The position numbers were made by a program, and so were the translations under genes. This document shows, in pieces, positions 48,476 through 61,320 of a stretch of DNA of 64,000 bases. The notes beneath the pieces are model-generated. The model was not told the DNA's origin, did not search any database, and saw only the letters and a list, made by a program, of their open reading frames with translations. Source of the stretch: Octopus sinensis (taxonomy: Eukaryota); the NCBI RefSeq assembly GCF_006345805.1, contig NC_042998.1:135594001-135658000 (forward strand), given 5' to 3'. How positions within the stretch are numbered: position 1 is the stretch's first letter; each line of letters opens with the position of its first letter.

Positions 48476-50189
48476 CGTTTTAGTTTTATGCTGTTTGTCA
48501 CATGGATTGAACTCGAAATCGCGTGATTGTGAATCAGACTTAAACCGTAGCTCTATGCTTGTGCCATTTTTGAAACAGTGATGCTATAGTCTCTATAATG
48601 AACCATTTTTAAAGTTCACATGTGGTTTCGATGAGCGAAATATCCACCATCCTTTCTCGGTAAGCCGGAAACTTCAATGCTCTCTACAAAATACTCTATC
48701 ATGAACCAGAAGTGGAGCCTGTCTGTGCTAGAAGGAGCAGTCAAATCTTCATGAAACCATATCCTATTGTTATAAAAAAGTCTGAAACATCTTAGGCGCG
48801 GTTTCGAAAGAAAAATACAGAAATAAACGTAATGGTCATGGTTGAAAAGCCTTTCTTCATAGGTCTGTTCGGTCAGAGTTGACTGAGATTAAACAATAAA
48901 AACCACGTAGTTTGCCATTTTCTTTATGGAAACATTACTTGTCTTTTTAACGTCGTGTTTGTTATCCAGTTGTTTCAATAACCAAATTGTTTAATTGTCG
49001 AAGTTATCAAATTCAGTGTCGAATTATAATTTTGTTGATACATGTGTGTGGGTGTGTAATTTTCATTTATTCATTCCAGGGGTAACAAGTTCAAAAGAAG
49101 CTACGTCTAGTCACTTAGAATAAAGTACTCAAAAGATAAGTCTGAGGGTGAATGAAAAAGTTAATCTATAATCGTTAGTCAGACAAAATATATTTTGTCG
49201 GACAAGCGATTATGGATCTCTCTCTCTCTCTCTCTCTCCTTCGTTTCAGATCAAATACATGCAAAGATACACACTCTCAACATACAATACACAATACTCA
49301 TGTTTTTGCCCCCCTCCACCCAAATTATTAGACCTTAGGTTTAGAAATATCAAAGGCGTCTCATCCGTGACTATGGTTTCAGTTTGTTTGACAAAAAAAG
49401 TCCTTCGTATAGAGTGTGATTAGAGTGAATTTGGCTTATTATTCAGCAGGTCGAGCGACTGCTTAGCGGCTTCTTTCTTGACTCATGGCAATAACGATAG
49501 TTTTTTTTTGTTTGTTTTTTTACGACAAAGCTCTCACACTCCATTCTAGTATTAATATAATTCTCTTATCTTGAATTATCATTAAGCATTGTTGTGTTGT
49601 CCCCGTTTAGTGTGACCAAGGTTGTCTCTTGAATTAATGAACGCAATTCACAGATTAATGCTTGCTCAAGGTCACGCTGTTGGATTCAGACATCCAGGTA
49701 CTGCAATATGTTTGTCTGGCAACAGCTAAGCTATACACTGGATTACTGTACTGCTGTTTTTATTTAGTCTCATCCCAGCCCTAACCGAAAACGCTATGAT
49801 TAAATGTATTTCAGCTGTGTACATCTCAGATGACTTTTTTTCCTTTTTGAAAAATGATATAGAATGCTTCAAGGGAAATTTTGCCTCTGTTTAAAAGCAT
49901 TCTATCCTTGACTATTTAGTCTTTTTTACACTTAGCAAGGCTCATTTCCTTTTTAAAAGACTCAGAGATTTTAGCTGCTTTTCTAACTATCTGGTCAAGC
50001 GATCTTACAGAAGCTCCTCGTAAATACACTATCGTCTCTCTGCAATCTCCTTCCTTCATGCTCATGTTTTTCTTGCAAGTGTTGACCTACAATGTTTTAA
50101 ACAGAACATTAAACCCATCAATATCGAATGGCCTATAAAGATCAAAGGTAATGCTTCTTCCGGATTAAAGAATAAAAAAGACTTTCATC

Positions 50190-50545
50190 TTTTACTTGTT
50201 TTAGTCATTGGACTGCAGTCATGCTGGGGCATCGTCTTGAATCGACCCCATTACTTCCCTTTTTAAATCCTGTTACCTATTCTATTCATTCCATTTGCCG
50301 AACCGCTAAAAGTTATAGGGGCGTAAATAAAGCAATATCGGTTGTCAAGCGGTGGTGGAGCAAACAAAGGCGCGCACGCACATGACGGACTTCTTTCGGT
50401 TTTCGTCCACCAAATACATTCACAAAGTATTGGTTAGCTTTGGGCTGTTGTAGAAGACATTTGACCAAAGCGTCACTCAGTGGAAACGAACCCGGAACCA
50501 TGTGATTGGAAAGCAAACTTCGTACCACACAACCACGCCTGCGCC
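50190..50545 (-). mobile_element. Family-2 SINE
   Basis: Reverse complement of the family consensus, ending ACCACACAACCACGCC. Confidence 0.8.
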
Positions 50546-50926
50546 TGTATGTGAATGTACATACGAATATGGTGGTAAACTGCTCGATTTCGATTATAAT
50601 CACTTTTTCATTATAGCAGGTTTGATAGCTTTTCGGCTGTGGGGCCTTCAGATGACTACGTAGCCCTAATTTGCTTAAAATTTTCTATCATAAAAAAAAG
50701 AAAATCGAAAAAAAAAAAATAGATCTTGTGGTCATCAGAGCCATAGCAAAAAAACCTATAAATGTCGATATATGCCTGCAGCAGGTTTCATAAAATGATT
50801 TTAAATCGTGTTGAGCGCCATAATATACACATTTGTGTGTACATGCACACCTGTGTGTATGTATGTGTGTATACGGGTGTGCGTGTATAAATACACCCCC
50901 CACACTCATATGTAAAACACACACAC

Positions 50927-50929
<3 letters not shown>

Positions 50930-50993
<64 letters not shown>
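50930..50993. repeat. (TA)n microsatellite
   Basis: Direct reading. Confidence 0.98.
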
Positions 50994-50996
<3 letters not shown>

Positions 50997-53900
50997 TGAC
51001 GAACTGCCAGAATCGCTAGCGCAACGGACAAAATAGCGGCGTTTCATCAGTCTTTTGAAATCAAGCTCCGCCAAGGTCGACTTTGCCTTTCGTCCTTTCG
51101 GACGAAAAAACAAACTAATACCTGTTAAGTGGTGGGGTGGTAGACACACACATACATATACACACGCATACACTCACTTTCTATCTACCAAATTCCCTTT
51201 TGCTCAACCCGAGATTATAGAAGACACTTGTCCTTATGTACCGTGCAGTGGGGTTGAACCCAAAACAACGTAGTTGCAAAGCGAGCTCGTTTTAACCACA
51301 CAGTCATACGGCTGTGTGGTTATAACCGAAAATTCATTACTTTTACCTAATTTGAACGTAAAGATACTGTTCAAAGAAACATTAGTAAATAAATAGAGGT
51401 AAATCATTTGGTGGATGTTGGAATAATTTTGAATTGGCCAGGACCAGCTGAAATAAAATGGTTGTCGATTGTGTCGATTTTTTTTTTTTTTTTTTTTCAA
51501 GTGATACCAGATCTCCACTTTTGGGTAATTTTAAAATTATATATGCCTACGCCGTAAAGATACATTTTGCTCTGCATCTCACCAGTGTTATATAATATTA
51601 TAAAACGATCTTGTCTTTGTTGAACATCTCCAAGCTCATTAGATTTAACTTGCAACTCTTTAACGAGAAAGATTTTACAGGAAAGAACAAAATGTATACT
51701 AATTTAAGATTTTTGTTATACACACTTTCATAACATTATACTAAGGCACCAGATGCTTAATGTTAAACAAGTCTCTTTAACACTTGTATATATTAGTTGA
51801 CTTTTTTCTTTTTGTTAATGTATTATAGCTGATACGTTGACGAAACAAGCTTCACCTAGAGCTGATAATAATAATAGCATTCTGAAAATTTCAAATGTCA
51901 GTTTATGAGAGATGTTCCAGTTAAAATGTCTTTGACTAGTCTAAGTGCTATTCTGAAGTCTGGTCTATAATGCTAACCTTTTATCTCTAGCTTACATTAA
52001 ACTAAACAAATTGTGATTTATTCTTTCGAAGTAGACTTGTATCCAATAACGTGCTCATGAGAAGAGTATATAATTTATTTTCCTCTCCCCTTCTCGTTCT
52101 CGCTTTTTATTGCCACCGTCTCTGTCTGCCCGCCACTCACACTTCTCTCTCTCTTTCCCTTTCCTCTCTCCTACGCCCTTCTGCCTCAAAATAACTATTA
52201 CCATGCTATTATACCACTTATCTGAGAGGAAATAAGAGGGTAAAAGTATACAAACAATATCCTAGACAAATCTAAATATGACCTTTTTAATTTAGTTTTT
52301 GTCTGTGTTTATAGGACCGACATTTTCTTCATGGATTTTTGTTATTCAACTCTGATAAACTGAAGAAACTTGGGTTCTTTTATTCATCCAGACACCAAAA
52401 TTAGCCAGGCAAACAGTAGGTTTTACATTTTTTAAAATTTAGATTTCGTCTCTTTATCGTAAAATTTACTTATTCAATAGTAATAATATTCATTAGTTTA
52501 AAACTAAATTTCGAACAATGCAGTTTTGTTTTTCTTTAAATACTAGTTTCCGTTAACATTTTCGTAATCCACGGACACATTTCAATTGAGCTTTTTTTTT
52601 CTATTATAAAGTTAAAAGTTGTGTAAACAATGTTAACTATCGACAATATGTTAAATATCAACAATGTTATTGATTCAGTATTTATTGATTCCTACACTGT
52701 TATTGCTCACTGCTTGATTCATTGATATTGAAATTTTTAACTTACATTTTTGAAATCTGATCATTATGTAGACTAAAATGCGATCTCTGCAAACTCCATC
52801 TCTTTTAAACTCTCCTATAAAAGTAGCTACTTTTTTGAAGTTATCAAACTTCTGTGCATGTAATAGCAGAATCGTGAAGAGTGTTGGAAAACTATCTGCA
52901 ATATTTAGTTACGGTGTTTTACGTTCTTAGTTCAAGCCCCACTTCGGTCAACTTATTCTTTTCATCACCCCGGATTGATAAGTACGTCAAGTTATAAATA
53001 GAATTATAATAGACTAAGGGACTCTCATTTTCACCAACATTTTTGACTCCTCGTGGTAATCCTTTGAAGCTTCCCAGCCTACATTTCATTTCCAACGAAG
53101 GAGTCTTTAAACAATCGTTTGACCTGTTAGAAATACCATTCAGATCTCTCTCAAATGTCTAGGAAAGAAACCTCGCATAATGTACTTATAAGTCAATAAA
53201 AGATAGAATGGTCAGAGGACTACTCAATTTAACTCTCGTTGACTTGACTTAATTATTTTGATCCCTCCATCTTCACTGGCTTAACATAACGGTCAAGGCA
53301 TTAAAATTTCCAAAAGAACAAATAGAGAAAAATGAAATGTCCAAACCATTTATTTCTCTATCCCACACATCCCGATATACATTGTCCGACATAAAGGCTT
53401 GGTTGTTTCGATGATTTTCTGAAATGCATTTTCTTTTAAGGAGGCTCAAATCTGCTATTCACCTTAAACATAACTATATAAAAAAAACTAATCTTCACTA
53501 GTAGCTCATCGAAAATTTACCTCCTGATCCTCTTACATTGCTTATAGAACAAAATTTAAGGGCTTTACCAAATATTTATTACCATATGTTGTTCCCTAAA
53601 ATAAATTTGATAGGACATTACTATGGCATTATTGTCCTTATATGTTCTTCATACGTATTAGAACAAAAACCTTAAGAAAATATTTCATTAACAAATTATA
53701 ACATTGTTTCTTAAAATCGTCATCTGCATTTTTAATATGCTATTATATGCTGTGAATAGTCCAGACTTTGTGATTTTTCTGTATTTTCCTTGCCTTTTCT
53801 TTAGAGCTCATGTTACTTTATTACAAGGCATTTATTGTATGTTGTCTATAGATATTATCAAGACGATGAACAGGTCTAGAAGAGGGTATGCAATACTGTT

Positions 53901-55066
53901 AAATCATAGACTTATCGTTGAGAGGGAATGTATCTATGGAGAACATTAAACAGTGAGAGATCATCTCTGAAATTATAATTATAACGGACAAGCTAAAGAA
54001 ATTCTTGTTAATCTCTTTTCATCTCTGTTTCTGTCTCTTTGTCTCCCCCCCCCCCATCCACTCTCTCAGATTATTCGTTTCGATGGATATACCGATAATT
54101 AAGTTGAATATCTTAAGCGTCACTGCTAGAAAAATGGTTGCCAGTCTTCAACCAAATCAGCTTCTTACTCAAATTTTTGCTTATATTCCATGGATTATTG
54201 GTCATTCGACACGCTAGAAATAGCAACCAATTTCCCTCAAATCTCAAGCTACCATGTTTAAAAACAGAATATGTTGGGTAATGTGGTCTGAGTTCCCTGT
54301 ACATAGAGAAAAGGAAGATTAGTCACAGTTGGAATTTCCTATGATCACAGACCTTGATAAAAGCTAACTCGGCGTTACACCACAACAACCGTAAGACTGG
54401 TGCTTGCAGCCTGATTTAACAGTAGATACGACGAATGGATTTCTGTTAATGTTGTTATAATTAAAATAGTGTGATGAAAATATACTCTTAGCTGCATCTA
54501 GTGAATGGTTAGCTTTTTCCTATCACTATTATAATAGGCTCTGCTTCTCAGAGTTTGCTGAGCTCATTTCAGATTCGCTTAGATGCTCATCTCTCCTCCT
54601 CCTCCCATCACCCTTGCTGTGTTTTTCCCCATCAGGACTCGTGTTACTCTCGACGACCACTCCTTCCTTACCAAAACGTCAGCTCTCTAGAATCTTTTCC
54701 TGTGGTGTTGACTTACAAATGTTCACGAGGAACAGTAATGGCGCCAGTCTTACAAGTTTAGGAGAGCCTGCGAAGACTGGGTATTGCACTCGCCTTTGCA
54801 TATTACAAGTGAAAAAGAAATCGTTTCGGCACTTCGGGGAGATAGCTGTTTCTCTGGGGCGGTTATATATAGTCTCAGCTCCATCAATAGAAACAGTAAT
54901 TTTAGACATTTTACTCATCTCGTTATTATTTCTTGTTAGATTTTTGATGCTTATGCTACTGATAAAAGTCAGAGGCAGAAATGCGCATCCGCTATTCTCA
55001 CGACGGTTTTGGACGATTTTCTTCTGCTAATGGTATATTTGATTTTAAACAGTACGTCCATAGAAT

Positions 55067-55350
55067 GGAAGCGCGTGGCTTAGTGGCTTGGGTGTTCGGT
55101 TCAGGATCGTAACGTTGGGAGTGCGACTTTTGGCGGCGCCATTGTGTACTTGAGCGAAAATCTTTATTTCGCGTTTATTTACACTCAGCTGATAAAAATG
55201 AGTCCAACCTGTAATTCAAACGGCCAGCTTTATCACATTCTGTATCGTGCTGAATCTCCCTGAGAACTACGTGTCTGTGAAGTGCTCAACCACTTTGACG
55301 AGCAGGTTGTTCAATGGATCGGATTAACTGCAAGCTCTCGCCGTCGCAAG
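55067..55350 (+). mobile_element. Family-3 SINE
   Basis: GGAAGCGCGTGGCTTAGTGG(C)TTGGGTGTTCGG.. tRNA-like head, TGTGTACTTGAGCGAAA. Confidence 0.7.
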
Positions 55351-55579
55351 CGGAGAGTCAGGCACGCCCATAAGATTTTACCTCTGATCAAATACCGCAG
55401 TTAATTTGCTTTTTCGAGATGCATTAGCATTACGCGTGAATCACGGATGGATCTTTGTTTTTTCCGGGCAAATTTCATTTCTGACTGAATTACTATGGAA
55501 ATTAATACACAACTCAAAATGTGTTCACTAAAACGCTATCAATCTTCAGTATCAACTTTGTGTGTGCACGTGCGATAAT

Positions 55580-55790
55580 ATTGGTTTCAAATTTCGGCTC
55601 AAGGCCAGCAACTTTGGGGAAGGGGTAAGTCGATTACATCGACCCCAGTACTTAAATGGTATTTATTTTATCAACCCCGAAAGAATGAAAGGTAAGGTCA
55701 ACCTCGGTGGAATTTGAACTCCGAACGTAAAGACGGACGAAATGCCACTGAGCGTTTTGACCAGCGTACAAGCGATTCTGCCGCCTTATG
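55580..55790 (-). mobile_element. Family-1 SINE
   Basis: AAGTCGATTACATCGACCCCAGTAC..GGTCAACCTCGGTGGAATTTGAACTCCGAACGTAAAGACGGACG. Confidence 0.85.
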
Positions 55791-55871
55791 TGTGTGAAAA
55801 TATTATTGAAGCCTTACATTGAAATTCTGTCACTTTTCGTAATGCTGTATTTTGGTTTTGTTTTATTTTAG

Positions 55872-55920
55872 GAAATCAGTTTGTTGACCATGCCGGCCGC
55901 TAGTGTTGAAACTGGCTTCT
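55872..55920 (+). other. Candidate 49-nt exon
   Basis: Acceptor TTTTGTTTTATTTTAG| and donor |GTAAGT; the only open frame is EISLLTMPAASVETGF, with ACCATG context. No partner exons identified. Confidence 0.35.
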
Positions 55921-56905
55921 GTAAGTATTCTTTTATCCTTTTACTTTTTTTCCTTTAGTTTGGGCCAAGCTGGGGCACTGTCTTAAAGGATTTAGTCGAT
56001 CAACACCACACCCTGTACTTATTTTTAAATCTGGTCCTTGTTTTGTCCGTTTATTATTACTGAACGATAAAGACGCTGGAGCGTAAACAATCTAATCCCG
56101 GGTACCAAGTAGTCACACACGCATCAGTGCTAGGGTTCCGATTTGTTTCCGTTTCCCAAATTCATTCACGAGATATTGTCCCGAGGTTGTAGTAGAAAGT
56201 GTTTACCCAAAGTAATGTGCAATGGGGTTGAACACGAGACCTTGTAGTTGCAATTCAAACTCCTTAACCACACAGCCAAGCCTGAAAAATAGATAATTTT
56301 TTTTTTCTAGATTTTTATTGCCTCTGTATCTCTCAAATGCAGTTTATTTATTCACCGAGGTACCTTCTGTATGAAAATTAGGTCAGATTTCTCAGTTGTA
56401 ATTGACTTCACTTTATAATACATGGTGAAGTGGGTGCTAGCGTAATTGCTGTTGGGATTTAAAGAATTTCAGCTTAGTGAAATTAGGTTTTCAGAGATGA
56501 GATCAATTTCTAAAATACTAATTATTGTGAAAAGGCGTAGTGGAGATGACCCTAGAATGTTTATGAAATATGGCAGCCAATTGACTGTCGTTAAAACCCC
56601 CTTCACGCAAGGGAGCAAATTAATTACATCGATGCCAGTGCTTCACTGGTACTTTATTTTATCAATGCAGAAACGATGAAATGCGAAGTTGACCTTGACG
56701 CGATTTGAACTCAGAACGTAACTAACCATAGGAATGCCGCTGCTAAGCATTTTGTCCAACGCACTAACCATTCTGTCAGCAATTGTTCCTCACATTGGTG
56801 CAAGGCTTCAGATTCAAGGCTGTTGGACTTCGTCAATTAAATTGTCTTTAATATTTGACTGATGCTTTATTTTATTTTCTTGTCTTTTTAGGAATATGAA
56901 ATTAT

Positions 56906-57840
56906 AGGAGTGGATTCCCAGTCCCTTCGCTTGTCCCACTTTTAGTCGCCTCTTAAGTCACGCAGAGAATACGGCGACTGCATTCTATAGGTCCCCCCCC
57001 CCCAGTCGTAATGGGCTGCTAGTTAACCCATAGCTGGGACCCTTACAATTGCTACCACTCTAGGCCAGAGTAGATCTGTGAACAACAGTGGCTAGGAGGT
57101 GGTTCCACACTCCTCAAACCCTGAAACCAGGGCCCCACTACCGGATATAGTTTAGTCATACCTAGGTATGTTGAGTATGAAAGCGAAAACAGGTGTGTAT
57201 GAGAGCGTGATTGTGCCGACAATGTTATACGGTGCAGAGACGTGGGGAATGGGAGAGGCGGAAAGGAGGCGACTAGATATGTTTGAGATCTCTGAGGGCT
57301 ATGATTGGTGTGACACGGGTGGATAGGATGAGGAATGAGGAGGTGCGAAGGCGAGCAGAAATGAGAGAAAAACTAACAACCAAAATGGATAGACGAATGT
57401 TGAAGTGGTTTGGCCACATGGAGAGGATGGATGAGGAGCGGAGGGTGATGAAGGCAGAAATGGTAGGCAGCAGAACTGAGGCAGACCTCAGTTTGTATGG
57501 GTGGATGGATGGAATGGGGAAAGCTTTGGTGGTTAGAGGTATTGGAATGAGAGAGGCAAGAGAGTTTCTAAGCGATAGGAAAACTTGGAGTGTGTTTATG
57601 GACGGATGAATGAATTTGATGTTGCTCAAAGGGGCACAGAACCAGCATGATGCAGCGGGAGTAAACCAACATATGCTGTCGGGCCCCGCTTCTAATATTG
57701 GGGGTTGCATTCTATGCCTTGATCCGAGCATAGAACAGGGCTACTTTCTTTGAGCTGGGAAATGAATGGAATTCCTGGTGTGTGTCTTGTAGTAGTTAGC
57801 CCCTCCTAAAAAATGGGGATTAGGCCTGGGTATATAAAAA
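56906..57840 (+). mobile_element. Internally deleted RTE-clade LINE copy (5' head plus 3' end only)
   Basis: Head shared with 43295..43555, then MLSMKAKTGVYESVIVPTMLYGAETW, MRSLRAMIGVTRVDRMRNEEVRRR, LKWFGHMERM and a 3'UTR homologous to 42090..42220. Confidence 0.9.
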
Positions 57841-58874
57841 AATATATATTTTATCGACACCGGTTGGATTCTGGGGTCGATTAGATGGACTAAATCTCCT
57901 TCCACAAAATTTCAAACTTTATGCCTATAGTAGTAGTAGCAGCAGCAAATAAGAGTTGACAAAATTCCCCCTCCCGTACACCATACAGGTCTATCTACGT
58001 TTTGGAGAAAACGTCAGACTTAGACGTGATTAAGCTGTGTGCCACCATACCTTGTTAATGCTAACTCATCTGATCATACTGTCACTACTGACTGACAGGT
58101 TGATTATTACAATTTCTTTTATCCCACTAGGATTTGACAGTTTAAAGTTTACATTTAAGGACAAAGACTGGCAACTTTAAATGCGAATTTGGAAAGCATG
58201 AAGTAATATGTTCTCTCCCGCCTCCCACTCCATCAAAGTTAGTGGGAGAGGACTTTTAGTTGTTCACAGCAGATAATATTTTGCTTAACTGTCTAGTAAA
58301 CATGTCGGCTCGTCCTTGAAACCGGATTGATTACAATGTCTTCTCAAATCAGGTGTCCATGAAGCTTCTATATTTTGTAGCATAAAGCCGATGAGCAAAA
58401 CGTCCTTTATAAGGTATTAGACAATAACAAGCAACATTTCCAGATTTACCTTTCCCCGATCGTTAGCAGTACTGACACAGAATAAACTATTTTATTCAGA
58501 GATCGTTATTTGCCTCTGGTGCATACAAACTTATTTGGTTGTCCAACATCTTATCTACTTAGAAAAAATTAAAACTTCAGTAATTTTTATATTTAGCTTT
58601 TTAAAATGATTTTGGAAGTTATATAGCGTTTGTGTCAATTTGCACATCTGTCAAAACAGATATTAAATTTATCGATGACTTGAAACAGCCGTTCCCGAAC
58701 TTATTTTGACGTGGAAAATCTGCACCTGTATTTTACAATCTCCTTTACCTTAAAATTAATCAGCCATTAGAGTGAGAATATATATAACTAATTTATTAAA
58801 ATGGTATTCGTTATTTTCAGAATAATAAGTGCTGAAATGGTGGCTTTGGTTGGTGTTTTGTGGAGCTAATAAAT

Positions 58875-59270
58875 GAAGTTATATTTCGTTGGCCGCGTAA
58901 ATAATAACTGAAACACACTTGCGAACATTTAACTGAAAAATTTATTGCCAGATATGAATGAACACAAATGTTTGCTAACTGGGAGTGATAAAAATCGCAC
59001 AGCATCTACAGAAGTTTCTTATGAGACACTGTGTGAATGTCCAGTTCAGTCTGTCGGTCTTGAACCGCCAGCTACCCTGAATGGACGCGCATATCGCTCA
59101 GTCGCCTTCAACATGCTACGATCAAAAAGCGCCAAAAGCGTTTTTTTTAAAGGGGGACAAGAACATTCTATAAAAGAAAAAAAATCACGTCACAGCTTCG
59201 TGCTGTAAATTGAGGCCGATGATGTAGTCTCTGACCGGTTATCTAGCGGTTAGGGTTTCGAATCCAGAAT
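58875..59270. repeat. Copy 1 of a diverged ~400-bp local duplication
   Basis: Colinear blocks with 60880..61320: TTCGTTG(G/A)CCGCGT, TTATGAGACA, AAAAGCGC(C/T)AAAAG, CACGTCAC, ACC(G/A)GTTATCTAGCG. Confidence 0.8.
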
Positions 59271-59604
59271 ATACATAAAATTAAGCCAACATGAGTACAA
59301 AAAGAGAAAACATATGAGGAATAAATGCTGAAAGAATACCTATAAAACAATTAGTTCGTAGAAGATGCAAAATTCTGTAGTTTTTTTTTCTTTTTTCTTA
59401 ACTATGAAAAAGAAAAAAAAGCTTTGTGTGTGTCAAAAAAAATTAGTCTGTGTAACCAGAATACAAAGTATTGATATGAAAAACGATAGTGTATCTGTTG
59501 CAGAAATTTTTCAGCGTCTTTTATGTCGCATATCTACAAGCAAACTGAAATATGGTTAATCTCTAGTTTAAGACCCGGTCACAAAAATGAGAAGAAAAAA
59601 ATAG

Positions 59605-60021
59605 GGATCTTTTCGGTTTGAACGGCAGTTTTTAACATTATTTCTAGGTAACTAAAAAATTTTAAACTTCGTATACTGGTAGAATATATTTATAAAACAT
59701 CTTTTTCTCTTGGCTTTATTGAGAAAATTCTATAGTTTGTAAGATATTTGTTGTTTTTTTTTCTTCAAGTTCTGCAATTTCAACCAATCAATGACGTCCA
59801 TTGAGGTGAAAATATTCTGTGCCACATGAATATGTCCCTCGTTTAAGAAACATTGGGTTTATTTACATTTTTGAAGAAAAAAGATACCTTCCCCCCACCC
59901 CTAACCCACCCTAATCCTAAAACAGATTGAAATGCAATAGATCAATACTAGGGTCATAATTACGGGTGACAATTTCATATGACACCGCTAGAAAAAACTG
60001 CCGTTCAAACCGAAAAGATCC
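59605..60021. mobile_element. MITE with perfect 29-bp TIRs and 8-bp TSD
   Basis: GGATCTTTTCGGTTTGAACGGCAGTTTTT / AAAAACTGCCGTTCAAACCGAAAAGATCC; AAAAATAG at 59597..59604 and 60022..60029; internal CCCTAACCC-like motif. Confidence 0.92.
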
Positions 60022-60879
60022 AAAAATAGTGTTACAGGTCAAAACAATGTGTAATAAGCGTTTACTACACATTGTACTCTTAAACTAGAAAGTAACCTGA
60101 AATATAATCAAGGTGTTTGCTGTCTCTTGGGTAGTTTTCATCTGTGTTGGATTATAATGTGTAGGTTATGGTTGAAAGTTTCATGCACGGTGAAGGGTCT
60201 TCCTTTCTAGGAATGGCCTAAGTGCGTTATTGACAAAGAAGTTGCTGTTTTCCCGCTTTTGAGCAGCTAACTTGAAAAAACGAATGCAATGACTGATTCC
60301 TGAAGTCCTCTAGCCACGAGAAGTCGATCGCGCAAAATAATGAGGCAAGTGTTGCTGCACGTGTCTGCCAGAGGCTGAATTTTGTCTTCGGTTGCCAGTT
60401 CAGAGGAAATGGAAGAGACGAAGGGAGGTGGAAAAGTACCTGCATTAGAAATATTCGAAGAGAGAATATCCATGGTGTTGCAATTTAAAAAAAAAACCAA
60501 GTTAGTTGGAATCACGCAAATGAAATGATGGGAAAAGATTAAATATCGGCCGTTACAGCAAACTTGGAAGATTCTGGATAAAATTCGCTCCGGAATCATC
60601 CATTCGAGAGAAGACTTTCCTCGGTGTAAAAAGTTGGTTTTGACTGTAATTTTGAGCAGATGAAAGATACACCTAAGCCAATAGCCATGCTTAACAGTGT
60701 TATGTCTTAGCTCCAACAGGTGGGGTTTGTGGTGGTAAAAGTAATGAGCAGCGGTGTCTGTCCTCTTTTATCTTCCCTCTTTGTCGTGGTAGTGGTGATG
60801 AATTGATTTTTCATGAGATAAATGAGACGGTCTATTGATGCAACTTTTGCTTTTTCCTATGTTGAATATCACCAAATGT

Positions 60880-61320
60880 TCAATTTCGTTGACCGCGTGA
60901 ATAATAACGGAAGCACACATGTGAACATTTTAACTGAAATATGTATTACCATATATAAAGATATTGAGAGTTAACTATTCACAATGAACAACATAAATGT
61001 TACGAGAGAGAAAAACCGAATCACGTCCATAAAAGTTATTTATGAGACATTATGTGAAAATTAAGTTCCGTCTGTCCGAGAACTTGCAAATGTCTGGAAC
61101 GGTAGGCGTGGCAAGAATGGAGGCACATGTCGCTTAGCTGCCTTCTAGACTCTGCAATAAAAAAAAGCGCTAAAAGGGTTTTTTTTCTAATAAAGGGGGC
61201 AAGAAAACCCACGTCACGCCACAGTTTCACGCTGATTGGTTGATTAAGAGACCGATGGCATAAAATTGTGTTGGGTGTCTAACCAGTTATCTAGCGATTA
61301 TGGGTTCTAGTCACCGCTAC
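60880..61320. repeat. Copy 2 of the diverged ~400-bp duplication
   Basis: See copy 1; this copy also has CTGATTGG (reverse CCAAT). Confidence 0.8.

Noticed and set aside
50624-50655. Minus-strand CUGAAG-GC..GC-CGAAA-AGCU hammerhead-like string
   Set aside because: Core is missing conserved bases and no helix I forms.
60080-60800. Coding-looking segment with a 149-aa minus-strand ORF
   Set aside because: No recognisable motifs in any frame I translated and stops in the alternative frames; cannot be called without a homology search.
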